Of a stretch of 64,000 nt of DNA, positions 29,112 to 37,439 are shown piece after piece. The notes beneath the pieces were generated by a model. That model saw nothing but the letters and a program-made list of their open reading frames with translations, made no database searches and was not told where the DNA came from. The position numbers and the translations under genes were made by a program. Each line of letters starts with the position of its first letter. Positions within the stretch are counted from its first letter, which is position 1. Source of the stretch: an uncultured bacterium (GTDB lineage Bacteria; Patescibacteriota; Minisyncoccia; Phycocordibacterales; Phycocordibacteraceae); assembly GCA_937879955.1 (NCBI GenBank), contig CALFMK010000001.1, positions 442,356 through 506,355 of the forward strand, written 5' to 3'.

Positions 29112-30272
29112 TTATCCCTTCGGTGTCTCCGGGAAATACCGCTTCTTCTTGAGCTTCTCCGGCAAGTAGCTCTCTTCCGTGTACATCTCGTAGCCCTTCC
29201 CGTATCCCATCTCCTTCATGAGCTTCGTCGGCGCATTACGGATATGCTTCGGCACGGACAGGTTTCCGGTCTTACGGACGTCCTCCTGGGCACTCCGCAG
29301 CGCGTCGTACGCGGAACGGTCCTTCTTCGCGCTCGCGAGGTACGCGACGCCATGCGCAAGGCTTATGGCGCATTCCGGATACCCTATCGTCTCGCAGGCA
29401 CGGAATACTGCGTTTGCGACGACCAGTGCCGTGGGCTGGGCGAGGCCCACGTCCTCCGACGCGAATATGACCATCCTGCGCGCGATGAACAGCGGATCCT
29501 CACCTCCCTCGACCATCCGGGCGAGATAGTACATGGCCGCGTCCGGCTGGGATGCACGCATGCTCTTTATGAACGCGCTCACGGTATCGTAATGCTCCTC
29601 GCCCTTCTTGTCGTAGCGGAGGTGCGGGTCCTCGAGCGCCTTATTCAGGTTCGCGACGCTTATCTTCTTCCCGTAGAGCGCCATCACCCCGTCGAGCATC
29701 GTGAGCGCCTTCCTTGCGTCCCCATTGGCATAGCCCATGAGCCACTCGAACGCATCCTTCCCGAAGGTGGCCCCTGCGCGCTTCGTTATGGCACGGAGCG
29801 CCTCTTCCGATACGGGCTCGAGTACGAAGACCCGGGAGCGCGATAGGAGCGCCGGGATAACCTCGAAGGAGGGGTTCTCGGTGGTAGCACCGATGAGAGT
29901 CAGGTCCCCGCTCTCAACGTACGGTAAGAGAAAGTCTTGCTGCGCCTTATTGAAACGATGGATCTCATCGAGAAACAGGACCTTCGGCCGAAGTCCGAGC
30001 GTCCTCCCCTGCCCTACTGAGCCGACGATCTTCCTGATATCCTCCTTCCCTGCTGAGACCGCGGACAGCTCGTGCAGCTCAGCGTCGAGCGCCCGGGCAT
30101 AGATGCGGGCTATCGTCGTCTTCCCTGTCCCCGGAGGACCCCACAGGATGAATGAGAACAGGTGCTTCTTCTCTATCGCTACCCGAAGCGGCTTGCCCTC
30201 CCCCACCAGGTGCTCCTGCCCCACCACCTCTTCGAGGGTTTGAGGGCGTATGCGGTTCGCGAGCGGTTCCAT
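29112..30272 (-). CDS. rarA: Replication-associated recombination protein A (RarA/MgsA)
   Basis: [57 protein letters not shown]. Confidence 0.96.
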   Translation of the reverse strand: MEPLANRIRPQTLEEVVGQEHLVGEGKPLRVAIEKKHLFSFILWGPPGTGKTTIARIYARALDAELHELSAVSAGKEDIRKIVGSVGQGRTLGLRPKVLFLDEIHRFNKAQQDFLLPYVESGDLTLIGATTENPSFEVIPALLSRSRVFVLEPVSEEALRAITKRAGATFGKDAFEWLMGYANGDARKALTMLDGVMALYGKKISVANLNKALEDPHLRYDKKGEEHYDTVSAFIKSMRASQPDAAMYYLARMVEGGEDPLFIARRMVIFASEDVGLAQPTALVVANAVFRACETIGYPECAISLAHGVAYLASAKKDRSAYDALRSAQEDVRKTGNLSVPKHIRNAPTKLMKEMGYGKGYEMYTEESYLPEKLKKKRYFPETPKG

Positions 30273-30358
30273 GCCTGCATGGTACTCCTCTTTCCTATCC
30301 TCCGCATGAACGAAGAAAGGCACGGACCCGGGGTCCGTGCCTTTCCGCTCCCCCTTTT

Positions 30359-31564
30359 CTAGAGGGCGTCTATCGCGTCATCTGCGTAATCCTGCGCCTC
30401 ATCGGCAAAATCGACTGCGTCGCCATAGTCTCCGTCGTCATAGGCATCCTCGGCATCATCGAGGGCGTCGTAGGCCTTGTCGAGGAGGTCCTCCGCCTTG
30501 CTGATCTTCGAACTCGAGCTGTCTGAGTCGTCGATCTCATCCTCGGCGTCCTGAATGGCATCCTTCGCGTCTGCTATCGCCTCCTTGGCGTCGGCCTTAT
30601 CGCCACCCTTGCTGCTACTCTCACCAATATCGTCGAGCGCCTCATCTATCGCATCCATGGCCTCGTCGACGTAATCGACCGCATCGTCGTAGTCTCCGTC
30701 GTCATAGGCATCTTTCGCGTCGTTCAAGGCATCTTTCGCGTCAGAGAGGAGGTCGTCCGCCTTCCCGGCATCCTCACCGTCGTCATACGCCTCATCGACC
30801 TTATCCTTCGCGTCGTCATAGGCATCCTCGGCATCATCGATGGCATCCTTCGCATCCGTCTTATTTCCGCTGCTATGGCTGCTTCCCCCGAACTCATCGT
30901 ACGCGTCGTCGATCGAGGACTTCGCGTCATCCGCGAGGTCCTGTGCCTCGCTGTAATCCTCCTCCACGAAAGCATAGAGCGCGTCGATGATGCTCTCCTG
31001 CGCTTCAGCAAGGTAGGTCTTGGACTTTCCGAGACCATCGCCGTCATCCTTGGCTTCCTCGTAATCATCCATCGCGTCCTCGTACGCGTCGCGTACGTCG
31101 AGAATCGCGTTACGGGCGTTCTTCTGTGCCGTTGATTCAACAGGAGTCGTTGGAGTCGGTGTGGGGGTCGGTGTTGGCGCTGGGGTGGGCGTAGGGGTTG
31201 GTACGGACGTCCCGGACGTGAGCACGATGTACTTCGCGCGTGAGATAGGTCCAAACGTTCCTGTCGCCGGCGTGATACCGTTCGCGACCTGCCATTTCTT
31301 TACAGCGGCAGCTGTCTTCTCCTTATACTGCGTAGTTTCATGACCAGCCGATCCGACACCTGATGTCGAGACCGTGAACCCCTTTGAGTTCAGGTACTGC
31401 TGCAGGCAGCGCACCGCTTCGTTTTCTGTACCAATCTCGAGATTGGTCGTGAACGTGCAGGTCGCTGCGCGAGCACCGACGGGAATAAGAAGTGCGCCTG
31501 CCGCAAGGAGCAAGACGAGCGCAAGGAACGCAGCATTCGAGCGCTCGAGAGTAGTGGTATTCAT
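30359..31564 (-). CDS. Secreted peptidoglycan-binding-domain protein with three acidic helical repeats
   Basis: Signal peptide; CTFTTNL..VRCLQQYLN..TAAAVKKWQ..GTFGPISR PG-binding pattern; PT linker; about 80-aa Asp/Ala repeats. Confidence 0.8.
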   Translation of the reverse strand: MNTTTLERSNAAFLALVLLLAAGALLIPVGARAATCTFTTNLEIGTENEAVRCLQQYLNSKGFTVSTSGVGSAGHETTQYKEKTAAAVKKWQVANGITPATGTFGPISRAKYIVLTSGTSVPTPTPTPAPTPTPTPTPTTPVESTAQKNARNAILDVRDAYEDAMDDYEEAKDDGDGLGKSKTYLAEAQESIIDALYAFVEEDYSEAQDLADDAKSSIDDAYDEFGGSSHSSGNKTDAKDAIDDAEDAYDDAKDKVDEAYDDGEDAGKADDLLSDAKDALNDAKDAYDDGDYDDAVDYVDEAMDAIDEALDDIGESSSKGGDKADAKEAIADAKDAIQDAEDEIDDSDSSSSKISKAEDLLDKAYDALDDAEDAYDDGDYGDAVDFADEAQDYADDAIDAL

Positions 31565-31702
31565 ACGCGAGATGATCATGAGTAAACGTTCCGGACTCGT
31601 ACGCAGGTACGGTGGATATACATGAAAGGATAGCACGCACGCCAACATGAATTTCTTGAAGCAATCGCCCTTACAAGAAAGAGCCTTGTTTCAAGTATCA
31701 GT

Positions 31703-31737
31703 AAAAAGAAAAGCGCCATTCGGGCGCTTTTCTTTTT
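31703..31737 (-). terminator. Terminator downstream of tRNA-Pro/tRNA-Gly
   Basis: AAAAAGAAAAGCGCC-attcg-GGCGCTTTTCTTTTT. Confidence 0.75.
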
Positions 31738-31744
31738 ATTTGAG

Positions 31745-31815
31745 TGCGGGATAGGAGAATCGGACTCCTGCTCTCAGTTTGGAAAACTGATGTTCTACCA
31801 TTAAACTAATCCCGC
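31745..31815 (-). tRNA. tRNA-Gly (TCC)
   Basis: GCGGGAT acceptor stem, anticodon arm TCAGT-ttTCCaa-ACTGA; T-loop TCCGATT; no encoded CCA. Confidence 0.92.
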
Positions 31816-31840
31816 TTTTGCGCAGAGATCAGGTATTCGG

Positions 31841-31911
31841 TCGGGGTGCGGAGAATTGAACTCCGTCTACTTGTTCCCAAAACAAGCGTACTACCGGTAT
31901 ACGACACCCCG
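31841..31911 (-). tRNA. tRNA-Pro (TGG)
   Basis: CGGGGTG acceptor, CTTGT-ttTGGga-ACAAG, TTCAATT T-loop. Confidence 0.92.
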
Positions 31912-32211
31912 ACTCAATACCCGATCCTGCAGCCTGGAAGGCTCGGATGGCACAGGACACACCTTCTCACAAATCTCCTGTCTTCGCTATCCTAACAGAT
32001 TTATTGGATTTGTGTCAGGTGGTCATGAGACCAAGGCTATGTCCTTAGGATTGCCTTTTATACTGGCATTATTCACATGCCTTGGGCGGTCCTACTTCCT
32101 CAAGTTTCTTAGACACATACCCTTCCTCTCAGATAAGGCCTTAAGAAATACATTATAAAATATAGGTTATTTAGGAAATATGAAATTTTCTTCATAAAGA
32201 CCTCCTGTCCT

Positions 32212-32291
32212 TTATCCCCAATGTCCCCAAACTTATCCACTGTTTTCCACACGTGAAAGACACGGCAATTATGGGTGTCTTTTTATCCCTA
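32212..32291 (+). promoter_or_regulatory. Cluster of co-oriented DnaA-box-like 9-mers next to an AT-rich tract
   Basis: TTATCCCCA 32212, ATGTCCCCA 32221, TTATCCACT 32233, TTTTCCACA 32243, TTATCCCTA 32283; AT-rich 32140-32200. Confidence 0.55.
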
Positions 32292-32350
32292 TTGCGAAGA
32301 TTTATATGACAAAGCGCCTCAGAAAGGCGCTTTGTCATATCTCATATCGG

Positions 32351-32421
32351 TGCGGATAGGGAGAATCGAACTCCCGACTCGTCCTTGGCAAGGACGCGTT
32401 TTACCACTAAACCATATCCGC
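32351..32421 (-). tRNA. tRNA-Gly (GCC)
   Basis: GCGGATA acceptor, CGTCC-ttGCCaa-GGACG, TTCGATT T-loop. Confidence 0.95.
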
Positions 32422-32461
32422 TTCGGGAGGATAATAGCATATCCTTTCCCTACTTTTCCAG

Positions 32462-32533
32462 TGCTCCCGCCAGGACTCGAACCTGGAACGACAGTTCCGA
32501 AGACTGTTGTGATATCCATTTCACCACAGGAGC
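32462..32533 (-). tRNA. tRNA-Arg (TCG)
   Basis: GCTCCTG acceptor, ACAGT-ctTCGga-ACTGT, GGTTCGAGTCC. Confidence 0.93.
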
Positions 32534-32635
32534 CCCATATCGGATCCGTACCCACGAAACATGGGTAAGCCGGCTCCTTACCCGATACTACGCCACCCCT
32601 AGGAGAATGGCCATCACCGTACTAGTATTTTCGCT

Positions 32636-34099
32636 ATGAGGTTCTCCATCCCCCTTGAGGTTTCCCGTGTAACCTCTGCCCTGCGTGAGGCTGGATTTGA
32701 GGCATATCTGGTCGGCGGATGCGTCCGCGACCTCTTTCTGAAGAGAACCCCGAAAGACTGGGATATCACCACGAATGCAAAGCCGGCCCAGATTCAGGCG
32801 GTATTCCCCGAATCCTTCTACGAGAACGACTTTGGGACCGTGGGAGTGAAGACCGGAAGCGAGGACCCTTCCCTTTCCATCATCGAGGTAACACCCTATC
32901 GCACGGAAACTGGGTATTCGGATAAGCGCCGCCCTGACGCAGTATCCTTTGGGGATAACCTTGAGGACGACCTTGCCCGTCGAGACTTCACGATCAATGC
33001 CATCGCGTTCGACGATTCTAAAGGACTTATTGTCGACCCATTTAAAGGACAAAAGGACATAGAATCTCGTGTATTAAGGACAGTCGGGATTGCAACTGAG
33101 CGCTTTGAGGAGGACGCGCTCCGCCTTATGCGTGCCGTACGACTTGTGGCCGAACTTGAATTCGCGCTCGATACCGATACGGCATCAGCAATCAAGGATA
33201 AGGGGCCTAATCTTGAGCACATTTCACGTGAAAGGATTCGGGACGAGTTCATTCGCATACTGAACTCAAGACAGCCAATGATGGCCCTTGTGCTCTCCCA
33301 TCAGCTTGGAATCCTTGGCTACATAGCCCCTGATCTCATCCGTGGAGTCGGTATTGAGCAGAACCAGGCGCACAGCTACGACGTTTTCGGTCATCTTATG
33401 CGCTCAATGCAGCACGCAGCGGATAAGGATTGGGATTTCGATATACGCCTTGCTGCGGTATTCCATGACGTATCAAAGCCAGAAACCCGCCGCTGGTCTG
33501 ATGAGAAACATGACTGGACATTCCACGGGCATGAAGTCGTTGGTTCACGTGTAACCAAGAGAGCCCTTGAAAACCTTAAGTTTCCACGTGAAACGATTGA
33601 TAGAGTGAGCAAGCTCGTGCGTTGGCACATGTTCTTCTCAGATCCAGACCAGATTACCCTTTCAGCGGTACGCCGTATGATTCGCAATGTCGGCGAAGAG
33701 AATATCTGGGACCTACTCAATCTGCGCATCTGCGATCGTATCGGCACAGGACGTCCAAAGGAGCAGCCATTCCGCTTCCGACGCTATAAGGCCATGGTGG
33801 AGGAGGCCCTCCGGGATCCGATATCCGTATCGATGCTTAAAACCGATGGTTCACGCATTATGACGAAGTTCCACGTGCAACCAGGACCGAAGATAGGATA
33901 TGCGCTCCACGCGTTGCTTGAGGAAGTGCTTGAGAACCCGAAACTTAACACGGAAACCTATCTAGACACTCGGACCGAAGAGCTTCTCTCCCTTCCTGAG
34001 AATGAACTCAAGGAGTTGGGTGAATCTGGAAAGAAAAGAAGGGAAGTCGAGGAAGAGCGCGAAATCAAAGAAATTCTCGAAAAACACCACGTTTGCTAG
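32636..34099 (+). CDS. cca: CCA tRNA nucleotidyltransferase with HD domain
   Basis: LVGGCVRD, DWDITT, DLARRDFTINA, RFEEDALRLMRA, SRERI, FHDVSKP. Confidence 0.93.
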   Translation: MRFSIPLEVSRVTSALREAGFEAYLVGGCVRDLFLKRTPKDWDITTNAKPAQIQAVFPESFYENDFGTVGVKTGSEDPSLSIIEVTPYRTETGYSDKRRPDAVSFGDNLEDDLARRDFTINAIAFDDSKGLIVDPFKGQKDIESRVLRTVGIATERFEEDALRLMRAVRLVAELEFALDTDTASAIKDKGPNLEHISRERIRDEFIRILNSRQPMMALVLSHQLGILGYIAPDLIRGVGIEQNQAHSYDVFGHLMRSMQHAADKDWDFDIRLAAVFHDVSKPETRRWSDEKHDWTFHGHEVVGSRVTKRALENLKFPRETIDRVSKLVRWHMFFSDPDQITLSAVRRMIRNVGEENIWDLLNLRICDRIGTGRPKEQPFRFRRYKAMVEEALRDPISVSMLKTDGSRIMTKFHVQPGPKIGYALHALLEEVLENPKLNTETYLDTRTEELLSLPENELKELGESGKKRREVEEEREIKEILEKHHVC

Positions 34100-34577
34100 G
34101 TTTGTCGGCTGTGCGACCCTTTCACGTGTAACAAAAGGACCATTCAAGGTCCTTTTGTTACATTGAGACGTTACACGTGAAATACGAAAGGCCTGCGTAG
34201 CAGGCCTTTGGGTGTGGTCAGCGGTTCATCCAGAACAAGAGAGCAGGGGGATATGGGGAAGGGGGCTTGGGATGATTGCTCTCTAATAGAGTGGGAAGAA
34301 CTGAGCTGACGGAACTGATGATTGTGTGCTTTCACGTGGAACCGAGTCGGCTAGACCCAGTAGGTGTTAGGCAGATACGCTGCGATCCGTTGGACAGTCG
34401 GCGGTAACACGCTGATATGCACGTGATAGGGAACAAAGAGCTCGCAAAGAACATCGCCTCCTGAAAGGGAAGGCGCGTCTCTCACGAGCGTTGCCGACCC
34501 CCAGGTCTTCATAGATACTACGTGTCCTATAGGACAGAGTAAAGGACAACTCTGTGGATAGAGTGGATAAATGTCCT

Positions 34578-35372
34578 TTAAAGCGTTATGGACACCGGGC
34601 AGTGGTCAGAGCCGTATATATCGTCATGTATCTCGGCGTTCTTCACCTTGGACGCGAGCTTCTTCGATACGAAAATATAGTCGATACGCCATCCGACGTT
34701 CCTGTCGCGAGCCATCCGGAAAGGGCTCCACCATGAGTAGCGACCGCTTCCTTGAGTAAAGAGGCGGAACGTATCGATGAATCCAGCCTGTATCATCTGG
34801 TCGATTCCGCTGCGCTCCTCCTTCGTATACCCATGACCGCCCTCGTTCGCCTTCGGGTTCGCTAGGTCATCGGGGGTATGCGCCACGTTCAGATCCCCGC
34901 AGAATATTACCGGCTTTTCCTTCTCGAGCCGCTTCATATAGGCGAGGAAGGCCGGATCCCATTTGTCATGGCGAAGGCTGAGGCGAGAGAGGTCTTCTTT
35001 CGAATTCGGCGTATATACCGAAACGACCCAGAATGACCCCATGTCAGCCGCTATGATGCGACCCTCCTCGTTCGGATCGCCGTATCCATCATCAGATAGG
35101 CCGTATTCCTGAGCGATGTCCTCAGGCATGCCGAAGAGCACATCTTCAGGTACCTGCTTCGTGAAAATCGCGGTCCCGCTGTAGCCCTTCTTATTCCTTG
35201 CTGAATGCCAGTACTCCTCATAGCCCATAAGGTCGACAGGGGACTGGTGCTGCTCGGCCTTAGTCTCCTGCAGACAGATGATGTCTGGTTTCAGCTGCTT
35301 AACGAAGGGCTCGAACAGGCCCTTCTTATGCACAGCCCGAATGCCATTCACGTTCCAAGAGACGATCTTCAT
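34578..35372 (-). CDS. xth: Exodeoxyribonuclease III / AP endonuclease
   Basis: SWNVNGIRA, CLQETK, GYSG, YTPN, CGDLNVAH, GWRIDY, GSDHCP. Confidence 0.97.
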   Translation of the reverse strand: MKIVSWNVNGIRAVHKKGLFEPFVKQLKPDIICLQETKAEQHQSPVDLMGYEEYWHSARNKKGYSGTAIFTKQVPEDVLFGMPEDIAQEYGLSDDGYGDPNEEGRIIAADMGSFWVVSVYTPNSKEDLSRLSLRHDKWDPAFLAYMKRLEKEKPVIFCGDLNVAHTPDDLANPKANEGGHGYTKEERSGIDQMIQAGFIDTFRLFTQGSGRYSWWSPFRMARDRNVGWRIDYIFVSKKLASKVKNAEIHDDIYGSDHCPVSITL

Positions 35373-35422
35373 TCCTCCATTCTATAGCAAAGCCTGAACG
35401 ATCCGATGCTAGCTGCTCAGGC

Positions 35423-36331
35423 CTATCCTCTCTTCGAATGAAACTTCTTATGCACGTCCCTCAGATGACTGTCCGTCACATGCGTATAGATCTGGGTCGT
35501 ATTTATGGAGGCATGGCCGAGGAGGGCCTGGACGGAGCGGATATCTGCGCCATTCGCCAGAAGGTCGGTAGCGAACGAGTGGCGCATGACGTGCGGCGTT
35601 ACCTTCTTCGTAATGCCGGCTTTCGCCGCGTAGGTCTTGATCAGGAGCTCGATGGAGCGCGGGGTGAGGCGGGTAGGGACGCGCTTCTTCGCCTCCTTCT
35701 TCCGCGCCACGCTCACGAAAAGCGCAGGCTCCATGTCCGTACGAACCTTTAAATAGGCCCTTACGGCATCCTTCGCGGCGTCCGAGAGGAATACCACGCG
35801 CACCTTCTCGCCCTTTCCACGTACGGAAAAGTCGTCACGCGAGAGATCGAGGTCGGAATCGAGGCTACAGAGCTCGGAAACGCGCAGGCCGGTCGAAAAA
35901 AGCAGCTCGAGGATCGCCTTATCGCGAAGCGAGCGCTCGTCGTTACCCTCGGTCGCCTTGAGCAGGCGATCGAGCTCTGCATTTGAGATGAGATCGAGAT
36001 GGCGCTCAGGAACCTTCGCGAGCTCTATCTTCTCCGGCGAAAGGGAAGGGATGTCGCGCTTCCTGAGGTATTTCAGATATGCCCGAAGCGCGATGAGGTA
36101 GTAGTTCTGAGTCCTGCGCTTCATCGAGTCCTTGTTCGTTCCGGGCTGACGGTTCAGCCACATGCGGAACTCGCGCACCTTCGTCTCGGTTATGTCTGAC
36201 GCGTCCTGTATCTCGGCCCAGTCGAGGAACCGCGTAAGGTAATGGTCATAGTTCTCGACCGTCTTAACGGCCCGTCCTCGTTCTATCTCTATATACTCGA
36301 GGAATTCACGCTTCATCTGCCCCGCATCCAT
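35423..36331 (-). CDS. XerC/XerD-family tyrosine recombinase
   Basis: LFSTGLRVSEL, GKGEKVR, TPHVMRHSFAT, LLGHASINTTQIY. Confidence 0.95.
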   Translation of the reverse strand: MDAGQMKREFLEYIEIERGRAVKTVENYDHYLTRFLDWAEIQDASDITETKVREFRMWLNRQPGTNKDSMKRRTQNYYLIALRAYLKYLRKRDIPSLSPEKIELAKVPERHLDLISNAELDRLLKATEGNDERSLRDKAILELLFSTGLRVSELCSLDSDLDLSRDDFSVRGKGEKVRVVFLSDAAKDAVRAYLKVRTDMEPALFVSVARKKEAKKRVPTRLTPRSIELLIKTYAAKAGITKKVTPHVMRHSFATDLLANGADIRSVQALLGHASINTTQIYTHVTDSHLRDVHKKFHSKRG

Positions 36332-36446
36332 GCAAAAAGGGTAGCATGCTGCTTCGCACAATATGCCAGGGCAGGTCCTCGGCCCTGAGGAAACGCCTAC
36401 TAGGAAACACTTGCGCTCTTAATCAAGGTGTGGTAAGGTGTGGCCA

Positions 36447-36713
36447 ATGCTTACGAAACGAGTAAAGACCGCCGTCATTAAGGATGCGGCACGCCATGAC
36501 ACCGACACCGGCTCTGCCGACGTCCAGGTCGCTATCCTTAGCCGCAAGATCGACGAGCTCACCAACCATCTCAAGAAGAACAAGAAGGATTTCCATTCCC
36601 GACGCGGACTTCTCCAGATGGTCGCTGACCGCCGCACGCACCTGCGCTACCTCGAGAAGAACGACAAGCGTCGCTACAGCGCGGTCGTGAAGAAGCTCGG
36701 ACTCAAGAAGTAG
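36447..36713 (+). CDS. rpsO: 30S ribosomal protein S15
   Basis: DTGSADVQVAIL, HLKKNKKDFHSRRGLLQMV. Confidence 0.98.
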   Translation: MLTKRVKTAVIKDAARHDTDTGSADVQVAILSRKIDELTNHLKKNKKDFHSRRGLLQMVADRRTHLRYLEKNDKRRYSAVVKKLGLKK

Positions 36714-36818
36714 GGAATCGCGGGGCACACAGCCCCGCGATTTTCGTTCGTACGCAGGTGCTAGAATATCAAGACGGCTCCTCTGAGCCGCATTACACCC
36801 TTTTAATACAGAACCGCC

Positions 36819-37331
36819 ATGCCCGTGATCAAGCATCCGGCGCAGCGTGTGGGGGTTTTCATAGATACCCAGAACCTCTACCACAGCGCCAAGCATCTCT
36901 ATAAATCCCGCGTGAACTTCGCGAAGGTCCTCGAAGAGGCCGTCGGAGACCGCGTCCTCGTACGTGCTATCGCCTACGTCATCTCAACCGAAGGTGGTGA
37001 CGAGAGTGCCTTCTTCGACGCTCTCACCAAGATCGGCATCGAGACGAAGGTGAAGGGGCTCCAGATATTCTCTGACGGCGCCAAGAAGGCCGACTGGGAC
37101 GTCGGGCTCGCGATAGACGCCGTGAAGCTCGCACCGAAACTCGACACCGTCATCATCGCCTCGGGCGACGGGGATTTCGTTCCGCTCATCGAGTACCTGG
37201 ACATGAACCAGGGCTGCCAGGTAGAGGTCATATCCTTCGGCAAGTCGTCCTCCCAGAAGCTGAAGGAAGCCGCACATGCGTTCACCGACATGTGCGACAA
37301 CCCGAAGAAGTTCATCATCGGTCACCGATAG
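36819..37331 (+). CDS. NYN (LabA/DUF88) PIN-like domain protein
   Basis: VFIDTQNLY, KADWDVGLAID, ASGDGDFVP. Confidence 0.92.
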   Translation: MPVIKHPAQRVGVFIDTQNLYHSAKHLYKSRVNFAKVLEEAVGDRVLVRAIAYVISTEGGDESAFFDALTKIGIETKVKGLQIFSDGAKKADWDVGLAIDAVKLAPKLDTVIIASGDGDFVPLIEYLDMNQGCQVEVISFGKSSSQKLKEAAHAFTDMCDNPKKFIIGHR

Positions 37332-37439
37332 AAATGATCGAAGGACTGTAAGAGCCGCACTCGCATGAGTGCGGCTCTTACCCTATACACGGCCGCTTCG
37401 GTTCTTATGCCGTGCCCCGGGTATAATCGTATGAGCGCT

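Larger units (their letters stand above)
32245..34343. repeat. Cluster of nine parS-like 16-bp palindromes
   Basis: Matches to TGTTNCACGTGAAACA at 32245, 32659, 33220, 33541, 33580, 33867, 34118, 34169, 34328. Confidence 0.8.

Noticed and set aside
30359-31100. Repetitive DNA resembling an array
   Set aside because: Degenerate coding repeats of an Asp/Ala-rich protein; no constant repeat-spacer structure, so not CRISPR
32150-32177. Possible dif site (ACATTATAAAA-TATAGG-TTATTTAGGAA)
   Set aside because: Weak match to XerC/D arms, and the location next to parS/DnaA boxes is not terminus-like
31856-32639. Short ORFs overlapping the tRNA region
   Set aside because: They overlap clear tRNA genes and non-coding motifs and show no protein signal
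31600-35400. Low-GC segment as a horizontally acquired island
   Set aside because: Contains only tRNAs, cca and xth; better explained as a parS/origin-associated region
35423-36331. Tyrosine recombinase as the integrase of an ICE carrying the T4SS genes
   Set aside because: Xer-like size and motifs, about 8 kb of housekeeping genes between it and the locus, and no att duplication of the nearby tRNAs seen
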